Part shown: piece after piece, positions 33,551-48,930 of the stretch
How the letters are laid out: every line of letters begins with the position of its first letter
Position numbering within the stretch: the stretch's first letter is position 1
Assembly (NCBI RefSeq): GCF_009914755.1
Contig: NC_060932.1
Direction: 5' to 3' (one strand)
Source: the human T2T-CHM13v2.0 reference genome, Homo sapiens
DNA: 64,000 nt
The notes under the pieces: model-generated
Seen by the model: only the letters and a program-made list of their open reading frames with translations
Database searches by the model: none
What the model was told of the DNA's origin: nothing
Made by a program: the position numbers and the translations under genes

Positions 33551-36500
33551 TGTGATTCTCCTTTTTGGGTTCTGCCAACAAGAAGCATTGTAATATATCA
33601 CTTGGCTCAGCACATAATTAATGTTTCCTCGCTTTTGCTTGGGCTCTGACCACAGGGAGATTGTGACATAATGCTGGGCCCAGCATCAAGGTGAGGTCAC
33701 TCACCAGCTTTGGTACTGCACAGAACAGACACTGTGACATATACCTAGGGCAATTGCCTAGGTGAAGACTCTTCTTTCTTGCCAAAGTCCTGCCCACAGA
33801 AGGGGTTTTAATATACCACTGAAATCAGCATCCAAGTGATGTGACACTTCTGCCAGGGTCCTGCCCACAAGGTGAATTGTGACATCTCACTGGACCCACA
33901 CCCACATAGGTGATGAGACTTTCTTGCCTTCTCTCTGACCACAGGTGATATTGTGCCATATACCTGAGACCATAACAAAAGCCTAATAACAACTCATATG
34001 GCTGGAGCCAGGACATGTGCAGGAGGGTGACTCTTAAACTTTTCCACAAGTTTAATTGTGACATATACCTTTGCCCAGCTCCTGAGTGATTTAATAATTC
34101 TGCCTAGGTATAGCCCACAAATCAGATTGTGACAAATACCTTGGCCAAGCACCTTGGTGATTTGACTGCACTATCTTAACAATGTCCTCAGAGGGGATTG
34201 TAACATATTTCTGGACTCATCATCTAGGTTCCGTGACTCTTCTCTCCTGCCGGGACACTGCTTCCTTTGGTAATTGTAGCATGTTTTTTTTTATTTATAC
34301 TTTAAGTTTTAGGGTACATGTGCACAACGTGCAGGTTTGTTACATATGTGTACATGTGCCATGTTGGTGCGCTGCACCCATTAACTCTTCATTTAACATT
34401 AGGTATATCTCCTAATGTTATCCCGCCCGCCTCCTCCCACCCCACAACAGGCCCCGGTGTGTGATGTTCCCCTTCCTGTGCCCATGTGTTCTCATTGTTC
34501 AATTCCCACCTATGAGTGAGAACATGCGGTGTTTGGTTTTTTGTCCTTGCGATAGTTTGCTGATCCAAATGATATGACTTTCATGCCTGGGCCCTGGCAA
34601 CAGGAGGCATTGTGACAAATGTTTGCACCCATCATTTAGGTGATATGACTCTTCTCTTCTGCCTGGACACTGCTGACAAGGGACATTGTGCCACAGAGCT
34701 GGACCTAATGCACAAGTTATGTGACATTTCTGACAGGACCCTGCCTACAAAGAGAATATTGAAATATTTCTGGCCCAGCATTTAGGTGATGTGGCTGTTC
34801 TGTCTACTTCATAACTACAGATGAAATCATAACGTATACCTAGGCGTGGCTCACAGGAATGATAGTGGCTCCTATATGTGGACTCAGCCAATAGAGGATA
34901 TTTTGAGTCTTATAACTAAATTCAGGGACACGCATGATGTCCTGGATCAACTTCTTGTACAAAGGTCACAAAAGATTACAACACTGACATGTATTTTACA
35001 AGGTCTTTGAATTGTACAGACAGAGTCAAAGCAGGGCTCAGCACACAGGTGAAACTGTGAGTCTTCCAAGCACACCCAGCTGACAGTAAGGACTGTCATC
35101 ATCTCACATGGATGAAGCGAACTGTCACACATGAAAACAGGATATGTGTGGTATTGTAAATCTCATCTTTGGAATTTTCTGACAGTGTGATTGTGATATA
35201 AATGTTTTCCAAGCACCTGTGTAATTTGACTCTCCAGACTTGTTCCAACCCATATATAAGGTTGTGATGTCTACATAGGCCAACCTTGAGGTGATGTGAC
35301 TCTCCTGCCTGGGCCCTTCTCTCAGTAAGCATTGTGACATATCACTGGATCTGGCATCCAGGTGATGTTACATTCTTGCCTGGGACATGCCCACCAAAAT
35401 TATTGTGACATATTTCTGTGTCCACCTCATACGTGATGTAACTCTCCTCTCTGGAATAGGCCCTGCACAAAGGAAGGATAGTGACATATTGCAAGGCCAG
35501 CTACACAGGTGAATGTACTCTTTTGCCAGAGCCATGCCCAGTGGAAGGCATTGTGACATATCTCTGGGCCTATCACCTAGGTGATGTGGCTCTCCTGCTT
35601 GGGCCCTGCCAACCTCGGGAGTGACATACTTCTAGGCCAGGCACACAGGTGATGGTACTCTTTTGCCAGGGCTATGCTTCATAGAGGACATTGTGACATA
35701 TCTCTGGGTCTGTCACTGAAGTGAAGTGATGTCCTTCATGGACCCTACCCATATGGAGCCCTGTGGAATACTCAGAGAACATGCATCTAGGTGATGTAAC
35801 TCTCTTGCCTGAGTGCTGTCCTAAGAGAGCCTTGTGACATATCTCAGGACCCAGCACCCAGGTGATGTGGCTATTCTGCCTGGTTTCTGCCCACATGCTA
35901 CATTGTGACATATTTCTAGGGAAGCACCTAGGTGATATGACTCTCCATGTCTGCCTGAGCCCTGCCTACTGGGGACATTGGGACATATCTCTGAGCCCAT
36001 AACCTAAGTGATGTGACTCTCTTTTTCTGCCTGGGCCTTCACCATTGGAGGATTTTGACACATTGCTGAGCCCAGCACTCAGGATATGTGACTCTCTTCT
36101 TTTTCCTGAACCATGCCCACAAAAAAAGAATTTTGACCTATTGCACAGCCCAGCACCCAGATGATGTTATTCTTCTGCCTGGGTTCTGCATGAAGAGGAA
36201 ATTATTGCATATTGCATATTTCTGGGCCCAGCACCCTTATGATGTGACTCTTCTGCCTGTGCTGGAGCCGGCAAAGGTATTTTGACATATCTTGGGCCCA
36301 TTATGTAGGTGTTTTGGCTCTCATAAGTTGGCTGGGTTTTTTCCACATATGGGATGGTGTCATATTGCTGGGTCCAGCACCCAGATAATGTGACCCAATT
36401 TTCTATACCCAGCCCAGCGAAGGCATTGTGACACATTGCCTGGCACAGCATCTAAGTGTTGTTACCCTCCTGCCTAGTTTTTGCCCACAAATGGAATTAT

Positions 36501-37490
36501 GATACATACCTTGCTTCAGTTCACAGGCATGATGATCAAACTTATGTTGGGATTCAGCCAATAGGAAGTATTTTGCCTCTTTTTGTTAAGCTTAGGGCAA
36601 TATTTAAGGTGCTGGGTTGCATGTTCATACCAAGCTCATGGAAGCTTACAACACAAAAGCTTATAAACTCTTTTGTGGTAGAGAGATTCATAACGGGGCC
36701 CAGCAAAAAGTTCAGATTGGGACACTCAGTTACACACCCAAGTGAAATTAAAAGTTGTCACCATCCCACATTTATAATGACCACTGCTGAGGTCCTGAGT
36801 CTAACAAGGGAAGACAGCACAAAGTTAAAATTGTGAATTTTATATGTGGATCTGGACACAGGTGGGATGGTGACTCATTTCTGGACCCAGCCCACAGGAA
36901 TAATGGGTCTTCTCCTTAACCCTGCCTGTAGGAGAGATCTTGACTATCAAACCTGGGTTTAGGGCAATATGTAAGATTGTGAGTCCATACCAGCACGTAG
37001 GCCACAGAGAGCTTTGCAACTCTCATGCAGGTTTTATAAAGTTCTTGGATGTTGAAGAGAATGTCATACATTGGCCTAGCACAGACGTGAGATTGTGACT
37101 CTAATATACACACTCAGTTAAAAGTTAGAGGTGTCACCCTCAAAGATAATGAGATTGTGTCATATCACTGGGTATAGTACCCAGATGTTGAGAATTTTGG
37201 CTCAAATTTCTTTCCATGGGTGCAATCTTATATATCGCCGGGTCAGAATCATAATAATGTGACACTTCTGCCTGGACCCTGTCAACAGGGGATATTATCA
37301 CATATCTCTGGGCCTGCCAGCTAGGTGATGTGTCTCTCCAGCCTGTGCCCTGCTCCCAGAGAACATTTTGAAATATCGCTGAGTCTAGCGTCTAGGTAAT
37401 GTAACTCTCTTTTCCTGCCTGGGTCCTGCTTACCCAAGGAATTGTGACATACGGCTGAATAAAAAACCTAGGTGGTATGTCTCTCCTCTG
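33551..37490. repeat. Diverged beta satellite (BSR/Beta, ~68-bp unit)
   Basis: Recurrent unit ccagcacccaggtgatgtgactctcctgcctgggccctgcccaca..ggcattgtgacatatctctggg with ~68-70 bp spacing (e.g. ttgtgacata at ~35333, 35404, 35551, 35691). Confidence 0.9.
34284..34563 (-). mobile_element. L1PA4-like 3' fragment inside the beta satellite
   Basis: ttatactttaagttttagggtacatg...gatagtttgctga; no TSD visible. Confidence 0.93.
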
Positions 37491-39745
37491 TGTTCAAGAG
37501 TTTGTATCTGTGCTGCATTCTGTTTCATTATTTTGATTACTTTCATGTTCTACCTTTATACTGGCACCAAAGTGCTTTGATTACTGTAGGCTTGTTTTGT
37601 GTTTGGAAATTATTAAGAGTAATGCTTCCAATACTTTTCTTCTTTTTAAAGATTGTCAGGCTTTTCATGGTCCTCTGAGATCTTAGGTAATTTTGCGGGG
37701 TTTTTTTTTTTTCTATTTTTGGAAAAATATAATTTAAAATTGAAAAGGGATGTGTTGAATGTGTGGGTCACTTTAAGCAACATGGACATCTTCGCCATAT
37801 TATGTCTTCCAAACCTTGAAAAAGAGCATGCTTGGCCGGGCGCGGTGGCTCACGCCTGTAATCCCAGCACTTTGGGAGGCTGAGGAGGGCACATGGCAAG
37901 GTCAGGAAATCGAGACCAACCTGGTAAACATGGTGAAACCCTGTCTCTACTAAAATACCAAAAATTAGCTGGCCGTGGTGGTGCGTGCCTGTAGTCCCAG
38001 CTACTCGGGAGACTGAGGCAGGGGAATCGCTTGAAACTGGCAGTTAGAGGTTGCAGTGAGCCAAGATTTCCCCACTGCTCTCCAATCAATAAGGGAACGA
38101 AAAATTTGAATGCACTATACAATAATTACACCTAACAAATGTATACAGACAAGAGAATCTGAATACACATTCTTTTCAACAGCCCACAAAACATTTTCCT
38201 AGATGGAACACCTGTGACACCACAAAAGAAGACTTAACAATCTGTCTAGCAACAGAGTGATACTCATCTCAAAAAAAAAAAAACTGTGTTAATTTTTATA
38301 TTTTTTGAATTTTTCAGCTTTTCTTCTGCCACTGATTTCTAGTTTCATTCCACTTGCACTATAAATAATTGTCTGTAAAATTTCAATTAAAAAAATTGTT
38401 AAGTAAGTCTTCTTTTGTGGTGTCACAGGTGTTCCATCTAGGAAAATGTTTTATGGGCTGTGGAAAAGAATGTGTATTCTCTTGTCTGTATATGTTTGTT
38501 AGGTGTAATTATTGTATAGTACATTAAAGTTTTTCATTCCCTTATTGATAGTCTGTCTTGCTTTATTTATTACTGACAGTGGGATATTGATATATCCTTT
38601 TTTTATTATATTGCTGTCTATTTTTGCTTCAATTCTGTCAATGTTTGCTTTATGTGTTTGGGAAAATGGTCATATATTTATAGGTTCTCAGTGAATGAAT
38701 CCTCTTACTGTAATTGAATGTCCTAGTTTGTCTCTTTGAATTTTGACTTAAAGTAAATCATATGAAATATAACAGTTTTCAACTTCATAAGTTGTTGCCT
38801 GTACTCCTCTTATTTGTTTAACACCTGCATGGAATGCATTTTTCATCCTGCCATTTTCAGTCTATTTTTTTTATTAGTTCTGAAGTGAGTCTCTTGAACC
38901 CATGACATAGATAGATCTTGATATAGATCATGATATAGTTAGGTTTTTTTATTTTTTGTTTTCAAGGACACTTTTGCTGGATATAGTATTCTTGCTTAGA
39001 CTTTTTTTTTCCAGTGTTTTAACTATGTCATCCTCCTCCAATCTTGCCCAAAAGATTTATGTTCATAAATTTACTGGTAATCTTGCAGAAGCATGCATAT
39101 AAATAACACATCTCTTTTTTCTTCCTGCATTCCAGATTATCTTCTTGTCTGTGACTTTCAAAACATTGCTTATGTTGTGTCTTGTTAGAAATCTCTTTGT
39201 GTTAATCTTAGTTGAAATTTGCTGAGCTTCTTGATTTTCTTATATTTTTTACTAATGTAGAAGTGCATATTAGTCATTTTTTGTACTTCTATTCCACAAT
39301 ATTTATTTCTTTTTGTGCTTTTTATCTTTTTGTTGTTTTCATTTTTTATTTTATTTTATTTTATTGATTTCCATTGTATTCATTGAGCATCATTGAGGTG
39401 GTAATTTTGACTTTTTAGGTTAATTTATTTTTTTCTTTTAAGAAATAGATCTAGACATTAATTCAAATTGTCTCAGGTAATTTTTACATCTCTCTTTTTT
39501 ATAATTGATTTCTGGATATTCATTTTTATCTTTGAGCCATATTATCTTGATATTTTGTATATGTTGTAATCTTAGGTTGCAGTTTGTGTAATATAAAGCC
39601 ACATGTCAAAATCCTTATTAAGTTGGCTTTTGTCTGGGGAAATATGATACCAATTTTTTAGGCGAGATATTCTTGGAGTCTTTCAAGCCTGTTGTATGGA
39701 TGTTTTCTCTGGGCTTGTGTGTCTTTTAGTTAAAAAATTTTCCCC
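37491..39745 (-). mobile_element. Old L1M fragments in the residual ZNF intron
   Basis: Degenerate antisense ORF2/ORF1 motifs (gctttgattactgtag, gaaaagaatgtgtattct, ttttgctggatatagtattcttg). Confidence 0.7.
37834..38283 (+). mobile_element. AluSc-like element carrying a 157-bp non-Alu insert (38085-38241)
   Basis: ggccgggcgcggtggctcacgcc...cactgctctcca | insert | gcaacagagtgatactcatctcaaaa; no TSD. Confidence 0.9.
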
Positions 39746-39749
39746 ATGT

Positions 39750-40077
<328 letters not shown>

Positions 40078-40601
40078 TAGTCAGTTGCTATACCCATTGT
40101 CTGTCTGTGATACTGAAGTGTTTCTTCTCTTGTAACAGTCCAAAACTGTCAAAGTATACCACCTTTTCTTTCAATATTGTCATAGAATATAGAAATTAGT
40201 CTTTGGTAAGGTCTCAAAAAGCCAGAAGCATGGACACAGGTGCCACTATTTTATTTATTTTTGGAGGGGGAAGACAGGAGTTGGGAGTCTATATTTAAAG
40301 TCATCATAGGATGAAGAATGGCTGTTGTGGGTAAATATGAAGTACCCTTGCTACACTTCTATGTGGTTCTTGGTATTTTGCTCACTTGGAGTGCTGCAAA
40401 TGCTTAGCTGGTCCTTAGACTTCTCACAAAGGCATTTTGGTCAGTATATTTCTGTTAAGTTAATAAGTTTATAAAGGAATTAGAGCCTGTGGTATTTTAT
40501 TGTCACCTTGTTAGTGTGCTTTGTATAATTATATATTTGTAAATTGTATTCACCTGAGTCTAATGAGGAATAAATCTTGTTGTTCTTTTTTTTTAATTCA
40601 G

Positions 40602-41661
<1,060 letters not shown>

Positions 41662-41777
41662 AAATGTAGAAGAGCCTTTAACAAGTCCTTATATTGTGTT
41701 TAACATCAGAGACTTAATACTGAACAAAAGCAGTATAAAGGTAATTACTGTTGAAGAACATTTAACTTAACATCTTG

Positions 41778-44700
41778 GAAGGTCTCTAAGAACTTGCTTT
41801 ATAATCTGGGTGCTTTTGTGTTGGGCACATATATAGCACTTTACTATTATGTAATGCCCTTCTTTGTCTTTTTTTAAACCTATATTGATTTAAAGTCTGT
41901 TTTGCCAGAAACTAGGATTGCAACCCCTGCTTTTTTCTGTTTTCTATTTGCTTGGTGGATTTTCCTTTTTCCCTTTATTTTGAGCTTATTTGTGATAGGT
42001 GTCTCAATTACAGCATACCATTAGATATTCATTCTTTACTCAGCTTGCCACTCTGCTTTTTAATTGGGGCACTTAGCCCATTTACATTTAAGGTTAGTAT
42101 TCATATATGTGGATTTGATTCTGTCACTGTGATCTTAGCTGGCTATTTTGGACATTTGTTTACGTTGTTGCTTTATAGTGTCAGAAATTTACGTACTTTA
42201 GTGTGTTTTTGTAGTGACTGGTAATAGTCTTTTTCTTTTTTTAGTGCTTTCTTCAGAAGCTCTTGTAAGGCAGGTCTTGTGGCAACAGATTACCTCAGCA
42301 TTTGCTGATCTGAACTGGATCATATTTATTTTTTTACTTCTGAAGCTTACTTTGGTTGAATATGAAATTTCAGGTTGGAGCTCTTCTTTTAAGGATGTTG
42401 AATATTGGCCCCTAATCTCTTTTGACTTGTAGGATTTCAGATGAAAGGTTTGTTGTTTGTCTGATAGGCTTTTTTTGGAGGTTACCTGGCTTTTCTCCCT
42501 AGCTGCCTTTAAAACATTTTTTCTTTCATTTTGACCTTGGAGAATCTCATGATTATATGTCTTGGGGATGACCTTCTCATGGGTTATCTTACTGGGGTTC
42601 TCCACATTTCCTGCATTTAAATGTTGGCCTCTCTATCTGAGTTAGGGAAATTCTCATGGACAATATCCCAAAATATGTATTTCAAGTTGTTTTCATTATC
42701 CTTATTACTTTCAGGCATTCTCTTTAATTGTAGATTTGCTTTCTTACATAATCCCATATTTCTTAGAGGTTTTGTTCATTCCTCTTTATTCTTTTTTCAC
42801 TCCTCTTGTCAGTCTTATTTCAGAAAGCGAGTTGTGAAGCTCTGAGATTCTTTCCTCTGTATGGCCTATTCTGCTGTTAATGCTTGTGATTATATTATGC
42901 AGTTTTTGTATTGTGTTTTTCAGCTGTATCAGGTTGGCCACATTTTTCTCCAGATTGGCTGTTTTTTTCTGTCTGTTCCTGAAATTTTTTCCCTTCCTTG
43001 AATTGGATTGCAACTTACTTTTGTAGCTCAATGAAGTTATTTCTATCCATATTCTGAATTCTACTTCTGTCATCTTAGGCCTTGCTGGAAATGTAATTTG
43101 GTCATTTGGATGAAATAAGTCACTCTGGCTTTTTGTGTTTTCAATATCTTTGCACTGACTTTGTCTCATCTTTGTGGGCACATCTTTGAGGTTGCTGACC
43201 TTTGAATGGGATTTTGGTATTTTTGGTCCTATTTGATGGTCTTGAGTATTTGATTGTGGTATAAGGTGTTTGCAGCCAACAGGCTTTGTTCCTGGGAGTT
43301 TTGTTTTTTGGTGGTGGTGGTGGGAGCAATGCTCAGCTCAAAACTCAGAGGCTGCATACTCTGGGGGACTTGCATTGAGCCCCAACTGTCTTCTCTGGCT
43401 CCATGATATTTGGAGTCCACCACTCTGTGGGACTAAGGTCCCACAGTGGCAGCAGAGTGCTAGTGGATATGGAGTTTCTGCCTGTCTTTGGACATTCACC
43501 TCAGTGGCAGGAGCAAAGCAGCTGGGAGTGGACTAGGGGGTAACTGCTGGAGACTGTATGTGCTGTTGCACTAAAGATGGTGTTGGCTTGGAGCAGAATG
43601 CTGGGCAGCAAGGATTCTGATGCCTTCTTTGTGCCCCTCCAAGAAGGAGTGATTGTGGAGGTTGTGGGAAGATACCTGTTCTCCACACAGTGTTAGCACA
43701 AAGTCAGGGGTGGGGCTTTCTGCCCATCTGCCCACCAAAGCTTCATTTACAATGCCAGTTGCTGGGGGTGGCTAGGGCATACTGCATTCCCATTTGCTGG
43801 TGGGGCAAGCAAAGCCAAACCTGCCTTTGCAGACATGTGCCAGCAAAGTAATATGGGGATTTGCCTTCATCTCAGGGGAAACTGCAGTATGGGGAAGAAA
43901 AATGTGGGCTGGTGCAGTCATAGGGACTGCCTTGCTGGAGCTCCTCAGGAGTCAGGCATGGCCCACCAGTGCAGATGCTATGGTATGGGCTCCCAGTATA
44001 CCTGAGACTGCCCTGTAATTGTCTGTAGCCAGAGTGGGTCCCTGGGAGAGGCCAACAGACCAAGGAGTACTAAGTTGGACCAGGTTCTTATGATTTGCAA
44101 GACCATCCTGCAGAAATTAAGTCCAACTGTTCCCCTAGGGCTCAAGTCTCTTATGGGAGAAAGTTGAGTCTAGGAAAATGACCATCACTGACAACACTTT
44201 ATTACAGATGCTCTCATGCCAAACCCTCTGGGCACCACATGAGCTGGCTTGCTGCCCCACCTCTTTGCTCATTTTCTGGGGACTGCATCTCAGAGAGATG
44301 TAGGTCTGCAATCCCTCAGTGCAGTCAGCCCAGGATGGAGGATCCACAGTTTCGGCCAAGTTATGGGTTCACTGTCTAGGGAGGAGCAATGGATAGTTTG
44401 TGGGACCCATGGAGGATGGACTGGCCTCCTCTGTTGGGTAAACTGCAGCTTGTTTGAGGTGTGAAAAAGGCACTTAGGGTTTTGGATTTATCATTAGTCT
44501 GAGAGTAGCAAGGACAGTTCTACTGCAGAGGCAGTGGCAGAAATATTTTCAGTTGCCCCTAGAGGCTCTGTCCAGGGAGTTGCTAAGTTGCTGCTGGCTC
44601 AATACCTCTGGCAATGATTGGCTAGTGGCACAGGCCTAGAGAAACTGCCCAGTGAGAATATATGCGAGCAGGCACTCACGTAAGGGTCTGGCCACTTTTC

Positions 44701-45985
44701 TGAAGGGCTGCTGAAGTATGTTGGTGTCCACTGCAGTTTCTAGTCACCTCAGATTTTCCAGTACCTAAAGTGATCACCAGTGAATGCTGCAAAACAGCAG
44801 CAATGGCAGCATGCCCTTTTCTCTGGGAGCTCCATCCCACAGAGGTATAGACCTGTTTCCAGCCCAGAAGCCCCTTTAGGAAGTAGCTGGAAACCCTTGT
44901 TGAAAGGTCTTACCCAGTGAGGAGAACATAATTGGAGACCCACTTAAGAAAGCAGTCTAGCCACATTTCTGTAGGACAGCTGTGCTGTGTAGAGGTACCA
45001 CTTCCACTGCCAGTTTTTTTGGATTCTCCAAAGCTAGAAGCCTGAAACAGCTAAGTCATATAAACAGCAAAAATGGCAGCTCGCTCTTTGCTCTAAGAAC
45101 TATATCACAAAGAGGTTTCAAAATTCCATCAACCAAAGAGCACCAGTGGTGGTAGCTTGTCACCCTGGTTGGGAAGTACTTTCTAGTGAGGAGAAACGAG
45201 TTTGGGGAAAGGCTTTAACAGACAGTCTGGCCATGTCTTTTTAGAACATCTGTACTGTGCTAGGAGATCCTTTCTGCCCTAGTCAGCTTGAGCTCTTCAA
45301 AGCCTGAAGGCTGGAATGCCTAAGTTGCCCAAGCAGCAAAGATGGTGGGCCACTCCTCTTTCTGGTAGCTCCATCCCAGGGAGGTGCAGTGCTGCTGCCA
45401 ATGATTGGCTGGAATTCTAAGCCAGCAGGCCTTACCCTGTGAGGCACTGTGGAAGTGGGTCCTATGGACCATCACTGTTCAGTCCCCTGAATCCTGCCTC
45501 TTTCCTATGGGTACAGGGGAGTAACCTCCTGTTTTGCTGGAGTTGCAGCTACTTTTTCTGGGAAGCCTGGAAAGCCAGAGTATCTAAGGCTCTTGAATCT
45601 CTGCACAGGCCTTAGTGGCTGCTCTGCTAAGACTCCATGTAGCTCTGTGTGTTCAACTGAAGGCCTTGGTGAAGTGGGTTCATGAGGGTATCTCCTCACC
45701 TGAGAGTTGCAAAGATCAGTGGGAGAATCGTGAGTTCCCAGGGTCACACCTGCACTCACTGCTTTACTGGGTGGGGAGGTTCCCTTGGCTCCATGTTGTT
45801 CTCAGGTGGCCCATTGTCCTGCCTTGCTTTACTCCATTCTCCAAAACTTAAGTTGTTTCTTTGATTAGTCCCAAAGCAAGTACCTGGGTGTTTCTGTTGA
45901 ATGTGCTGTATTTATGCATACCTTGCATTCCTCTATAGGAGAGCTGCACAGTCTAGCTGCTTCTAGTCAGCAAACTTGATCACTT
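41778..45985 (-). mobile_element. Older primate L1 (L1P4/L1PA12-16-like): long 5' UTR, ORF1 and EN start, inside the ZNF 3' region
   Basis: ORF1 remnants (MTEVEFRIWI, VLKAAREKSQVT); 5' end agctgcttctagtcagc..cttg at ~45955-45980. Confidence 0.8.
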
Positions 45986-47103
45986 CTCTCTAAAAGGAAC
46001 CTACTTTTTTATATTAAAAGAATTTAATATATTTCAAAAGCAAATATTGATATAATTTAACACATTTGATGCTATGTGTTCATTTCTAGAATTTATGTGA
46101 AAGAACATGGTCAATGGTTACTGCACCAGATTTATGGGAGGTTCTTCTATATTAGATGGACAGATTTATATACTTTCCCACAGAAGATTAAGAAAACTGA
46201 AATCTAAGATACATGGAGATATTCTAAGTGGAAAGGCCACTTAGTGGTTGGTTTACAACAGTATCATAAGTGACAGGATGATAGGAGAGTGGTAAGTGAT
46301 CAGGATAATATTCTGCATGGCAAGAGAAATGATTTGAATTTTAGAAGGAAATTGCTTTACCATTTGCAAATTAAGGCAATTAAAATACAGTGAATTTCAA
46401 AATGCCTTTTTATTGACAATGTGTGGACTAAACTTGTTTTAATAAACCAAAATTGTTGTTATTGTGTTAAGGCTATTTTACTTTGAATGTGTACCTTGCC
46501 ACTGATATTAACTTATCCCATCTTACCCAAGGTTGTAGGTAACAGATGGTAACAATACACTATTGGGTGACAGTGAAGTAACATCCCTAGTGATTCCTTT
46601 GTCAGTGATCTTTATCTTAAAATAATTTGGTAAATATGGCTCCTACAACTTACATTTTTGTTTTTCTTGTAACTCCAGGTTATTATGATGGTTGTAATGA
46701 AGATTATATGAGTATAATGGAGCTATTTGTTTCTGAATTCTGAACAACTATTTACAAAATATCCTACTTTTTTCTGTTAAACATATGACTTCTCTGGTCT
46801 GCTAAACACATACAGACCTTTAGTTTTGATTTATATGCATTTAAATATACAGATATATCACTCTAAAATAAACTTTAGGTGTGTAACCTAAATATGATTA
46901 TAAAGAATAATCATATTTGTTTATGGTTGTGTACCTACTTTGAGAAGAAAAAAATATTAGAATGAAATAGATAATTTTACAAGTGTTGATAACTTGCCAG
47001 CAAACCAGAAAGTTCAAAGATTTTGAAAGCAAATCTATTTTCTCTGCTTTGTATTAAACTCATTTATCTAAAATGTTATTGTTCCTGGCTTAGAATCATC
47101 TTA

Positions 47104-47357
<254 letters not shown>

Positions 47358-47839
47358 TTCTTTGTATAATCCCCTCAGAGATTATGAAAGTTACTTTGAT
47401 AAAATTTAATGGTATGCACAAAATAAGTTTCACATGCGAGTAATTTAACACTGTGTGTATTGTATGTTCTCTAGCATATTTTATATTTTGTTTCCATTAA
47501 AGAATGCTATTTAATCCAATTTTTGTTTAGTTGTTATTCATTTTACTTTATAAAATCGGCATAATTTAGTTTATTAAATTTAATGGGCCAATTTATTCAA
47601 GTAAACAGTTGAACATTTAATAAGTCATGAGGTCTTTTTGGCATAAACATGAAGTAAACAGAGACAATACTGGCTATGTAATAGAAGCTACATAATTAGA
47701 AATAAATATTCTTTTTAAAATTAGCCTGTGGTGTCAGGTGAAAAATTGAAAATATCTATAATAAAGAAATGGCATTAATTCTGCATATGAAGAGAGCATA
47801 ATTGTACCTATGCTGCACAATTAACTCTCATAATTGAAA

Positions 47840-48930
<1,091 letters not shown>

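Noticed and set aside
33551-37490. Regularly spaced repeats as a CRISPR-like array
   Set aside because: These are degenerate tandem 68-bp monomers with no unique spacers and no cas genes, in primate DNA; they are beta satellite.
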